The translations under genes were made by a program, and so were the position numbers. 64,000 nt of DNA, taken from positions 576,001 to 640,000 of the forward strand of contig OZ242214.1 of assembly GCA_965206595.1 (NCBI GenBank). Direction: 5' to 3'. The notes beneath the pieces are model-generated. The model worked only from the letters and a program-made list of their open reading frames with translations. It ran no database searches and was not told where the DNA came from. Of this stretch, positions 49,767 through 58,561 are shown piece by piece (the first letter of the stretch is position 1; every line of letters starts with the position of its first letter). This stretch comes from Candidatus Latescibacterota bacterium. GTDB taxonomy: Bacteria > Latescibacterota > UBA2968 > UBA8231.

Positions 49767-50027
49767 CTATTGGAAAAGCGTCTGTAGTTCCTCGCGGATC
49801 ACTTTGCGCAAGGTTTCCTCCAGGACAGCATCCTGAACCTGGATATGTTGACGCAATGCCTCGTTGATCAAGGTCTGATAATTGCCTCCGCCGGCCTCGT
49901 GTACCTGGTTCCTGAACCAGTTCAACACATCCGTGTCCAAGCGTATCGTGATTCGCGTTTTACCAGGAGCGGCAGGAACGAGTGCGCCTTGTCTGGCCTG
50001 GGTAAAGTCAAATTCTTCCTTGCTCAT
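49767..50027 (-). CDS. brnA: BrnA-family antitoxin
   Basis: 'EFDF..A.QG', 'KTRITIRLD.DVL.WF', 'GNYQTLIN.ALR'. Confidence 0.88.
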   Translation of the reverse strand: MSKEEFDFTQARQGALVPAAPGKTRITIRLDTDVLNWFRNQVHEAGGGNYQTLINEALRQHIQVQDAVLEETLRKVIREELQTLFQ

Positions 50028-50085
50028 TGTGTCTCCCACTCGGCCTGGCTGGTCGGGCTTTGGCGACATCCCACTGACAACCCAT
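50008..50085 (-). pseudogene. Internally deleted BrnT toxin remnant (25 aa)
   Basis: MGCQWDVAKAR|PARPSGRHNEQGRI*: BrnT-like N-terminus (WD..KA) joined to a tail overlapping the brnA start; TTGATT-16-TATATT just upstream. Confidence 0.65.
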
Positions 50086-50273
50086 TTTTGCAATATATGC
50101 ACAAATGATGCACAATCAAGATGTCTATTGTCACGCATCTCCATTTTATCCGTCACGCCCCGTCTGTGGGAAGGCCTGGACGAAGGCGACAAGGCGGTTA
50201 CTACAGCCGCAACCACCCCCCCGGCGAGCCGACCCTGAGGCTCTGACCTCGCCCCGCAAAGAAAGGAAATCCC

Positions 50274-51173
50274 GTGGACAACCCGACCGGATGGAGATGT
50301 GTCCTCGAGCTCGACGCCGCCCGCAACCTCTCCGGCGGCAGCGGGAAGGCCCTGGCCGCAGCGGTCGGCGCCGGCCAGGACCTGCGCATCTACACCGAGT
50401 TCCGCCACAACGAGCATATCGACGTGACCTCCGACGACGACGAGCTCGTCCAGGAAGTCGCCGAATTCCGCGTCACCTACCTCGCCGACGGCCGCTGGGT
50501 CGCCGGTATCATGAGCCTGCGGCAGCCGGTCGATCTCCCCCACGGCTTCGGGCCGCGCCCGTCGATGTCCTTCTTCCTCTACAACCAGGACGGCGGCCAG
50601 GCCATCGCCCGGCCCTGTCTCGACGGCGAATCTCCGCGCGGCGCCCCCGGTCCTGCCGCGCCCCCGTCGCCGGGGACCATGCCGAAGTACCACGCGCAGG
50701 ACAGCTGGGACACGGACACCAACGCCCCGAGCTACAACTTCGTCTACGACTTCGACCGCTTCCGCTTCAACGTCAGCGACCGCTGGCGGCAGGTACTCGC
50801 CCACGGCGCCGACGGCAGCGTCAGCGACGGCTCGGTCGCCGAGCTCGCCGACGCGTTCGCGCGCGGCAGCGCCGTCAAGGTCGGCATCGAGGGCCTGTGC
50901 GCCGAGCTCGGCGGCGACGGCCTGCGGCACGAGCTCTTCGTCGAAACCCACTCCGGCTACTACTACACCGACCGGCGCCTGTTCATCGCCGGCACCCAAC
51001 CCGTAATCCGGGTGCGGCCCGCGATCCCGATGCGCTACGAGAGCGGCAACTGGGACTTCGGCTGGCTCGTCGTGCGCACCGACGGCGCCGTCGCGTTCCG
51101 GCGCTGCGACCCGTACAGCCTCGCCTTCGACGACCGCGAGCTCAGGTGCGGGATGCGCTGGTTCGTCGACTGA
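50274..51173 (+). CDS. Hypothetical protein
   Basis: Host-like codon usage, AAGGA SD, GTG start; weak internal two-fold repeat ('W..VL..DA/GA....G....LA.A...G'); no family recognised. Confidence 0.7.
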   Translation: MDNPTGWRCVLELDAARNLSGGSGKALAAAVGAGQDLRIYTEFRHNEHIDVTSDDDELVQEVAEFRVTYLADGRWVAGIMSLRQPVDLPHGFGPRPSMSFFLYNQDGGQAIARPCLDGESPRGAPGPAAPPSPGTMPKYHAQDSWDTDTNAPSYNFVYDFDRFRFNVSDRWRQVLAHGADGSVSDGSVAELADAFARGSAVKVGIEGLCAELGGDGLRHELFVETHSGYYYTDRRLFIAGTQPVIRVRPAIPMRYESGNWDFGWLVVRTDGAVAFRRCDPYSLAFDDRELRCGMRWFVD

Positions 51174-51192
51174 GCTTCGCCTGCTGCCTTAC

Positions 51193-51226
51193 AAAAAAAC
51201 CGCCGGGGATTGCAACCCGGCGGTTT
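51193..51226 (-). terminator. Rho-independent terminator
   Basis: AAACCGCCGGG...CCCGGCGGTTT stem followed by T7 on the minus strand, between convergent genes. Confidence 0.7.
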
Positions 51227-51300
51227 CCAGCGACTGCTGCTCCAGCAGCATCTTTTTCTTCCCCCCTCCTGCCTTCAGGGGGCAGTAGCACAATAGCAAT

Positions 51301-51665
51301 TCACTTCCCGCCGTTGCCGCCCTCCTGCTCCGCAGCCTCCACCAGGTTGCGGAATTCCTCCAGGCTGGCCACCTGGATCACCTGCCGATGCAATTGCTTG
51401 AGGCGTTGCACGTCACTGATGGCCGCAACGAGAGGGGCCAAACTGTCCGCCGCGCCGGGACCGAACCGAATCTCCAGCACGTCGCGGATACTCTCCTGGA
51501 GCCCTTGCTCAATGCCTTCCTCTCTGGCCTGTTGGGTGAGGTATTGAGCAAATGACGATTCGCGCAGGATATCCATGACGCCCTCCCTGGAGATAAGATC
51601 AGAAATGGTTTCGGACCCGTAAACCAATCCGCTCAGAATCGAAAGGCCGGAGAGCAGGTTGGCTG
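51301..51665 (-). pseudogene. C-terminal remnant of an Rpn/YhgA-like protein with its own internal start (ATG 51576)
   Basis: 'LSILSGL...MDILRESSFAQYL...REEGIEQGLQESIRDVLEIRFG...L..LHR....SLEEF'; GGAGG 5 nt before the internal ATG; N-terminal nuclease part absent. Confidence 0.65.
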
Positions 51666-51714
51666 TATTTCGATATTTTAGTTAGTTCCATTACTAACTT
51701 AAAAGGAGGTTAGC

Positions 51715-52497
51715 ATGATCAACAAAGGCGGTAAGCCCATCTGTGACCTTGAGACTTGGCGTCGCTTAGCTGGCCCCAAGAAACCGGAACATTGGAAGGA
51801 TGGCCGGAGCGCCAAAGAATCGGCTCGGGCGTGGCTTGAGCGCAATCCTGACTGCGTTCCCACAGAGATTGATCAGGCATTCCGCGCGCACCCGGACTTC
51901 GGCAGGATCCTCCCCGGGTGGTCGGCAGAACCCGAGGCTCGCGTCACCTTCGATTCGTTCGGAGGCGAGCCATCGAACCTTGATGTGCTTCTCACGGCAG
52001 AAGACGAGAAAGGCCCGCTCGTGATTGCGGTCGAGGCCAAGGCCGATGAGACGTTCGGAAAGACCGTCGAGGACACGCTACAGGAGGCGTGCAAACGAAA
52101 GGCAAAGAATCCACAGTCGCGGGGGGTGGACCGCCTCGAACAACTAGCCGCTGCCATCCTCGGTGTGCCCACTAACCGGTTGTCGGAGGTTGGAAAGCTG
52201 CGGTATCAGCTTCTCACGGCATCTGCGGCGGCACTGGCTGAGGCTCAGCGTCAATCAGCCTGTCGTGCTGTGGTAATCATCCATGAGTTCGTGACAGGCC
52301 AGACGTCTGATCAGAAGCATCTTGACAACACGAAGGATCTCGACGCATTCGTCCACCAAGTGTCGAAAGGGGTGGTGAAAACCGTGGCTGAGGGGACCGT
52401 GCGGGGACCTTTTGAGTTGCCTGGCGACCCGCTGATCCATTCACCGATTCGGTTCTACATCGGCAAGGCGGTCAGAAACCTTCGGAGCATGCGGTAA
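51715..52497 (+). CDS. DUF6946-like PD-(D/E)XK-type protein
   Basis: 'HWKDGRSAKE.A.AW', 'DVLL...IAVEAKADETFG', 'LRYQLLTA'; AAGGAGG SD; lower GC; AGTTAGT-N6-ACTAACT palindrome upstream. Confidence 0.7.
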   Translation: MINKGGKPICDLETWRRLAGPKKPEHWKDGRSAKESARAWLERNPDCVPTEIDQAFRAHPDFGRILPGWSAEPEARVTFDSFGGEPSNLDVLLTAEDEKGPLVIAVEAKADETFGKTVEDTLQEACKRKAKNPQSRGVDRLEQLAAAILGVPTNRLSEVGKLRYQLLTASAAALAEAQRQSACRAVVIIHEFVTGQTSDQKHLDNTKDLDAFVHQVSKGVVKTVAEGTVRGPFELPGDPLIHSPIRFYIGKAVRNLRSMR

Positions 52498-52690
52498 ATA
52501 ACTCCCCAGGGAAAGGTCGCCAACATGGCATCCGTTGGCCTTTTCCGCGACGACGGTCCCAATCAGGGGCGGCCCCACGACCCGGGCTTTGCCCCATGGA
52601 ATTCGCCGCCGCTGGAGGACTTCCCGAAATTCCCGAAAGGATCGCTCCCTTCTTTCCCATCAACTCGTCGCACCTCAACACGGACTCTCC

Positions 52691-53629
52691 ATGACTGAAC
52701 AACCATTGCATACCGACGACTCCTTCCCGGCGATGACCCCGGCGCAGCGGCTGTACTTCGAGGTCAACGGCTATGTCGTCATCGAGAACGCGCTGACCGC
52801 GGCCGAGTGCGAAGAGCTGCTGGCAGCCCTGGAGGAGCTGCGCGCCCGCTTCGAGGCGGAGGAGAACCCCGCCGAAGCGGTGATCGGCTGCGCCCTCGTC
52901 GAGTCCTGGAAGCCGCCGCACTATTTCAGCTGGGGCCACCTCGTCCAGGCGCACCCGGCGTTCTGCCGCTATCTCACCCACCCCCGGCTCGTCGCCCTGG
53001 TCGAGGAGGTGGTCGGCGGCAAGGTGCGTCTCGACGAGTCCGGGGCCATCGTCAACCGCCGCCTCCCGGACTTCGACCCCGGGGCCCGGTTCCGCTACCA
53101 GTGGCATCGCGGCGGCCAGCCCGGCTTCGACAGCTACACCTACGGCGGCCTCTACCACTGCACCTTCGTCAAGACCCTGACCAACCTCAGGGACCTCGGT
53201 CCCGAGGACGGGGGCACCGCGGTCATCGCCGGCAGCCACAAGCTCAACTGCAACGAGGACGACATGGTCGGCGCCGCGTACGAGGATCCCGCCCTCGTCC
53301 ACCAGGTGGTGGCCCCCGCCGGTTCGACCCTGATGATGTGCGAAACCCTCATCCACGCCACCGGGCAGAACCGGGGGGACGGGGAGCGCGCCATCATCAT
53401 CGGCGGCTACTCGCATCCCAAGGACATGGCGATGGCCGGCTGGGAACCGACCCCGGAGTTCCTCGAGACCCAGTCCGAGGAGGTCAGGGAGCTGCTTTCC
53501 GGCCGCCCGTTCTGGACCTGGCCGGAACGCCACCGCAGGCTCGGCACCCCCGCCGGCGCCGGCGGTGTCTACAAGGCGCGCATGTGGTCGGTCTCCCACG
53601 GCGACAGCCGCTGGAACGAACCCTCCTGA
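52691..53629 (+). CDS. PhyH-family Fe(II)/2OG enzyme with HxG in place of HxD
   Basis: 'QRLYFEVNGYVVIENAL', 'QWHRGG', 'DGGTAVIAGSHK', 'ETLIHA'. Confidence 0.85.
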   Translation: MTEQPLHTDDSFPAMTPAQRLYFEVNGYVVIENALTAAECEELLAALEELRARFEAEENPAEAVIGCALVESWKPPHYFSWGHLVQAHPAFCRYLTHPRLVALVEEVVGGKVRLDESGAIVNRRLPDFDPGARFRYQWHRGGQPGFDSYTYGGLYHCTFVKTLTNLRDLGPEDGGTAVIAGSHKLNCNEDDMVGAAYEDPALVHQVVAPAGSTLMMCETLIHATGQNRGDGERAIIIGGYSHPKDMAMAGWEPTPEFLETQSEEVRELLSGRPFWTWPERHRRLGTPAGAGGVYKARMWSVSHGDSRWNEPS

Positions 53630-53637
53630 AGCGGTCG

Positions 53638-54891
53638 ATGAGCGCGCTGCTCGCCGCCGCGCTGCTGCTGGCAGCCTGCGCTTCCGACGACGGCGGAGAA
53701 GGGCCGACCCGGGTCCTGCTCTGGGAGTTCGGCGGCGTCGAGAGCCAGCACGAGTGGGCGGTCGACGCGGTCGCCCGCTTCAACGCCCGCCGCGACGACA
53801 TCGTGGTCGAGTTCGCCACCCGCGACTGGTGGACTCAGCGCGAGATCCTCATCAGCAACACCATCGTCGGCGAGGGCCCCGACATCATCCGCGTCCACCA
53901 CAAGTACTCCGTCGAGTTCGGCGACGCGGGCGGGCTGCTGCCCCTCGATACCTTTTCCGACTGGCCCGAAATCAGGGACCGCTACTTCTCCAACATGCTC
54001 AACGAGGTGAAGTACGACGGCAGGCATTACGGCATCCCGGTGACCGTGCTCCCCTTCGTGCTCGCCGTCCACCGCGGCATCCTCGACGCACACGGCCTCG
54101 AGGTCCCGCAAACCTGGGACGACATCCGCGCCATGGGCCCGGTGCTGAAAGCGAGCGGCATCCACGCCCTGACCATGCCCGGCGGCCCCAAGGGGGACAC
54201 CTCCTACCGGTTCGTTCCCCTGCTCTACAAGGCGGGAGGCCGCGTCCTCGACGACGGCATGACCAGGGCGGTCTTCAACGGGCCTGCGGGAATCGCGACC
54301 CTCGAGTTCCTCGTCGATCTGAAGGATCGCGGGTTCGTGCCGGAGGGGAACGCCGCCTACGCCTTCCACGAGAACTGCGCCCACTGGGTATCGGAGCGCG
54401 CCCTGCTGTCCATCGAGGGGCCGTGGTTTCAGAACACCACCTCCACGGGGTACGATTTCGACGTCGCCAAGCTGATGCTGCGGCCGCTGCCGGTTCCCCC
54501 CGAGCCCCTGGAGCCGCGTCCTCCAAAAACGCTGATCGACGTGGTGATGGTGGCGATTACCGCCTACACCCGGGTGCCGGAAGCGGCCTGGACGGTGCTC
54601 AAGGAGCTCTACGTGTACGACCCGGTCTGGCAGACCGCCGACCCGGAGCAGTCCGGGTTGCCGACCCAGAAGTCGGCCTTCGAGACCCGGGCGTTCGAGG
54701 GGTACATCGACATCGACGTCATGGCCGACGAGGGGACGCGCGCGCTCGGGTGGCCGCCGCACCCGGCGGTCTCGCAGATCGCCCGCCGCCTCGCCGAGGC
54801 GGTCAACGAGGCGTTCTCGGGAATGGCGACGCCGAAACAGGCGCTCGACAATGCCGCGCGCGACGTCGACGAGGTTCTCGCCGACTACTGA
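53638..54891 (+). CDS. Sugar ABC transporter substrate-binding lipoprotein (no permeases adjacent)
   Basis: Lipobox 'LLAAC', 'GPDI', 'YDGRHYGIP', 'PQTWDD', 'TPKQALD'. Confidence 0.85.
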   Translation: MSALLAAALLLAACASDDGGEGPTRVLLWEFGGVESQHEWAVDAVARFNARRDDIVVEFATRDWWTQREILISNTIVGEGPDIIRVHHKYSVEFGDAGGLLPLDTFSDWPEIRDRYFSNMLNEVKYDGRHYGIPVTVLPFVLAVHRGILDAHGLEVPQTWDDIRAMGPVLKASGIHALTMPGGPKGDTSYRFVPLLYKAGGRVLDDGMTRAVFNGPAGIATLEFLVDLKDRGFVPEGNAAYAFHENCAHWVSERALLSIEGPWFQNTTSTGYDFDVAKLMLRPLPVPPEPLEPRPPKTLIDVVMVAITAYTRVPEAAWTVLKELYVYDPVWQTADPEQSGLPTQKSAFETRAFEGYIDIDVMADEGTRALGWPPHPAVSQIARRLAEAVNEAFSGMATPKQALDNAARDVDEVLADY

Positions 54892-54986
54892 ACCGCGTAT
54901 TGGATGGGGTGGTCGTCGCTCTGCGGCGACTGTTACCCGGAGGGCGGGGTTTCAGCCGCGGACGACTGGAGGGACAGCCGGGTCAG

Positions 54987-55631
54987 CTATTCCGCTTCCA
55001 GGATCTGGGGATCCAGCTGATACCAGGCCACTTCGCCCGAGTCGATGAGGTCCTGGATCCGTTCATCCCGGAACAGACCCGCAACAGCTGCATGGGAGCG
55101 CCTGCCGGTGAACCTCGTCAGGAACCCGGCATTGCGCAGCGCCCGGGTGGTATCCCGTCCGTTGGCCGTATAGGAGATCTCCACGGCGACGTAGCAGGTT
55201 GCGCCCTCCTGGTCCGTCGCCTCCATGATCAGATCCGCCCGGCGAAAGCTTCTCAGCTCATTGGTGGGGATACCCGACGTGTCGGCCTGGTCGATCAGGT
55301 CCCACAGGTCGTCCCGGGTGAGGTTTTTGGTCCTCCGGAGGCTCATCTCCCGGGCGACATCGGTAACCTCCTCAAGAGCGGCGTTGCGGGCGAGGATCCC
55401 CTTGAGAAGGCCTGTATCGTTCTGGACGGACTTCACCCCGGTTTCGAGACTGTCGAAGCGCCGGTTCGCCTCCGCGACGAAGCTGGTCACCTCCGCGACG
55501 AACAGGGTGAACTTTTCGGGAAGCTCGATCAGCTCGCGCGTCAGCAGCCGGGCGCGCATGGCCTCGAGCCACTGGGGGTTTTCGTCCAGGACCTGGATCA
55601 AGTCCTCTATGGTATGGATGGTGGTGCTCAT
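54987..55631 (-). CDS. Hypothetical protein: coiled coil plus PD-(D/E)XK-like C-terminal domain
   Basis: GAGG SD; 'IEDLIQVLDENPQWLEA.R..LL..EL..LP', 'ADLI.......YVAVEISYT....D..RA'. Confidence 0.7.
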   Translation of the reverse strand: MSTTIHTIEDLIQVLDENPQWLEAMRARLLTRELIELPEKFTLFVAEVTSFVAEANRRFDSLETGVKSVQNDTGLLKGILARNAALEEVTDVAREMSLRRTKNLTRDDLWDLIDQADTSGIPTNELRSFRRADLIMEATDQEGATCYVAVEISYTANGRDTTRALRNAGFLTRFTGRRSHAAVAGLFRDERIQDLIDSGEVAWYQLDPQILEAE

Positions 55632-55737
55632 CGCATTACCTCAACAGGCGTTGGCTACGCCCTCGCACATCGAGCGATTCTTCAAATTGGACGTGAATAA
55701 GATAGTTGATGCGACGGTCTTTGAATTTGCCGATTCA

Positions 55738-55900
55738 TCACCTGCTCAGGGAACCAGATACAGACTGCCCACACCGTCGACATCATAGCTCTGACCCTTG
55801 GTCGGCACCCACCTTGCCCCGGACCTCACCTGCTCACGGAGCCAGGTACAGACTGCCGACACCATCGACGTCGTAGCTCTGTCCCTTTGTCGGCCTCCAC
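55738..55900 (-). repeat. Tandem diverged duplication (75 bp x2, period 88) of the 3' end of the beta-helix gene
   Basis: 55738-55812 encodes WVPTKGQSYDVDGVGSLYLVP*; 55826-55900 encodes WRPTKGQSYDVDGVGSLYLAP*; about 11 mismatches, mostly synonymous. Confidence 0.9.
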
Positions 55901-58500
55901 ATGATCCACCGCTGGCCGCTTACGCGCCGCACCGTGAGATTGAAACGGATGCGTTGGCCCGGAGAGATCCCGAGGTTCGCCAGCGGCACCTCCCACTCGG
56001 CGCTCCACCGGCCATCGCCGAGGCGGGCCCCGTACCTCACCCCGCGGGCAAGCCGTTGCCTCGCCTCGTCGCTCGAGCCCGTCTCGTCCGTGGTCTCCCA
56101 CGTCCCTTCGGTGTAGCCGCGCAGCACCTGCGTTTCCGCGAAGAGATCGTCCGCGGCCTTGAAGGCGAGCTCCACCGCGTCGCTGCCCCCCCAGATGGTT
56201 CCGAGATCGCGGGTTTCGGGGAGCTCCGTGACCAGGCCCACCCTGAGGGCGGCGGCGTCATGGGTCAGCCACGCCCGCGCCGCCGGCTCGACGAGGGCTC
56301 CCGACACGTGCGCCTCGAGGACCATGGCGGCCTCCGCGGAGAGGCCGCCCCACTCCTCCGGCTGCAGCTCGCCGTCCACGGCTATCTCGGTCGCTGAGCG
56401 CGGGACCGTGAACACCGGGTCGGGAGACAGGTCGGCCTGCGGAACCGGTTCGGGAAACTGCACCGGCCTCACCTCGTGAATCGGCGGCCAGCTGGCACGG
56501 CGCTCGTCCTCGTACAGTCCCATCATGGAAAGCGGCAGGGGCTCGAACCCGATCGCCGAGACCGCGGCGGGGTCCCGGAACTCCAGCGTGGCCGGGCGGC
56601 CCTGGTCGTCCTTGACCAGGCGGACCCATTCCGGGTCGCCGTCGAAGGCCAGGTTGTCCTGGATGGTCTGGAACTTCCTGGTGGCGTTGTTGATGTCGTC
56701 CCAGATGCCGCCGGCGCTGATGTTGCGGCGGAACAGGTTGCGCTGCGGCACCCCCAGCATGTCGTCGAGAATCCCGGGCAGGGTCGGGTAGCGCCGCGCC
56801 CAGACCTCGCTTTTGTAAGGCACCGCCCGCAACCCCTGGTGAAAGGTCCACGAGGTGTCGCGGACCATCTCCCTCTGCCAGCCCATGCCGCGGTTGTCGA
56901 GATGGACCGCGGTCCAGCAGTCGATGAAGACGTTGTTGGTCACCGTGTTGTCGACGCCGCCGCCGATGAAGACGGCGTTGGTCACGCTCTCGAAGAGATT
57001 GCCGTGGATGTGGTGGCCGCTGTGCTGGTCGTCGAGATAGATGGTCATGCCGCCGTGCCCGTCCGCCCCGAGAATCTGGTGCCAGTAGTTGTAGCTCAGT
57101 ACCGTGCCGCGCTGGGTAAAATCGCGGCCGACGTAGAAGGCCCCGGCATCGCGGCTCTCGTAGACGACGTTGTGGATCTCGTTGTACTCGACGATGTGGT
57201 CGTTGCCCCCTGCCGACAGCGCCATGTGGGGGCCGTCGTGAATCAGGTTGTGGGCGATGCGCCCGCCGACGCCGTAGGTGCTGATGGCGGACTGGTAGGT
57301 GCGTTTTCGCCGCGAGTAATGGTGGACGTGGTTGTTCTCGGCGTTGTGTCCGGACGGGGTCAGGGTGGCGCGGTTTCCCCCGTTTGTGTGGATGCCGCCG
57401 GTGCCGGTGTGGTAGACGTCGCAGCCGTAGACCTCGTGGTTCGAGCCCCCGTTCACCTGCACCGCCCGTCCCCCGGTGTTGCGGATCGTGCAGCCAACCA
57501 CCTTGCAGCCGGCGCCGCCCTCGATGGCGATCGCCGTTCCCCGCGAGGCTTCGAAGACGATGCCCCGGAAGGTCACGTGCCGCAGCTCTTCGGCCCGCAC
57601 CAGTCCGTCGGAACGGGACAGGACCGCCTCGCCCGACGGGGAGGGCGGCCAGAAGTAGAGCCGGCCCTTGCCGCGGTCGATGTAGTACTCGCCCGGGCGG
57701 TCGATCTCGCTGAGCAGGTTGAAGGCGTACCACCGCGCCGGCCCCGGGTTGATGCCGTAGGTGGGAGTGATATCGGCTGAACGCAGCAGCACCCGTTGCG
57801 CCGGATCGATGGCGGCGATCGGCTCGTACAGCTCGGCCCAGTCGTAGCGCCAGTAGGCGAGGATCCACGGCTCGGCCTCGCCGACCCAGCGCTCGAGCCG
57901 GTCGCTGTCGATGGTGACGCGCTCCTCCCCCTCGACCTCGTGGATGCCGCGAAACCCTTCGTTCGGCCAGCGCGCCAGCGTCATCGGCTCGTCGTTCCAG
58001 AACAGCTCCGCCTCGATCCAGCCGTACTCCTCCCGGGGGATGCCTGAGGCGGATCCCCGCCGGCCCAGGCGTCCGTAGTCGTCGATCCCCTGGGCGCGCA
58101 GGTCGGCCGCGAGCACGTGGGGGCGCGCCTCTGCGGGCAGGCGTCCGAGGACGTCCTCGTCGGTGACCGGGCCCCATCCGGCGACCGGCTGTCCGCCGCT
58201 GAAGCGCACCTCGGCCCCGGGAACCGCCCGGTAGGTCACGGGCGCCGTCTCGGTGCCGGAGTCTTCCGCGGAGAAAAGGACCGGCCCGGCGAAGCGGTAG
58301 GTTCCCTCGGCGAACCAGACGGTCAGCGGCGTCTCCCCGGTTTCCAGTTGCCGCACCCGGTCGCGGGCGCCTTCGAGGGTGGCCAGCGGTTGCGCCTGCG
58401 TACCCGGAGCGCCGTCGTCGCCCTGCGGGGATACGTGGAGATCGGTTTCGGCGAAGCAGAGGGAGGCGGTCGTGGCTGCGGCCATGGCGATTCTCTTCAT
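55834..58500 (-). CDS. Secreted right-handed parallel beta-helix protein with a C-terminal CBM9-like domain
   Basis: 'HVSPQGDD...GT...PLATLE.ARD', 'LARWPN', many 'HN.IHD'/'GN.F' coils, C-terminal 'IAVDG.L...EW...WSAEW.VP'. Confidence 0.85.
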   Translation of the reverse strand: MKRIAMAAATTASLCFAETDLHVSPQGDDGAPGTQAQPLATLEGARDRVRQLETGETPLTVWFAEGTYRFAGPVLFSAEDSGTETAPVTYRAVPGAEVRFSGGQPVAGWGPVTDEDVLGRLPAEARPHVLAADLRAQGIDDYGRLGRRGSASGIPREEYGWIEAELFWNDEPMTLARWPNEGFRGIHEVEGEERVTIDSDRLERWVGEAEPWILAYWRYDWAELYEPIAAIDPAQRVLLRSADITPTYGINPGPARWYAFNLLSEIDRPGEYYIDRGKGRLYFWPPSPSGEAVLSRSDGLVRAEELRHVTFRGIVFEASRGTAIAIEGGAGCKVVGCTIRNTGGRAVQVNGGSNHEVYGCDVYHTGTGGIHTNGGNRATLTPSGHNAENNHVHHYSRRKRTYQSAISTYGVGGRIAHNLIHDGPHMALSAGGNDHIVEYNEIHNVVYESRDAGAFYVGRDFTQRGTVLSYNYWHQILGADGHGGMTIYLDDQHSGHHIHGNLFESVTNAVFIGGGVDNTVTNNVFIDCWTAVHLDNRGMGWQREMVRDTSWTFHQGLRAVPYKSEVWARRYPTLPGILDDMLGVPQRNLFRRNISAGGIWDDINNATRKFQTIQDNLAFDGDPEWVRLVKDDQGRPATLEFRDPAAVSAIGFEPLPLSMMGLYEDERRASWPPIHEVRPVQFPEPVPQADLSPDPVFTVPRSATEIAVDGELQPEEWGGLSAEAAMVLEAHVSGALVEPAARAWLTHDAAALRVGLVTELPETRDLGTIWGGSDAVELAFKAADDLFAETQVLRGYTEGTWETTDETGSSDEARQRLARGVRYGARLGDGRWSAEWEVPLANLGISPGQRIRFNLTVRRVSGQRWIMWRPTKGQSYDVDGVGSLYLAP

Positions 58501-58561
58501 GATTAACCGGTTCTTTCCGCCGGAGCGGTTCTCCGGCCGTTGTCCTGCCGGCGGCGAACCA

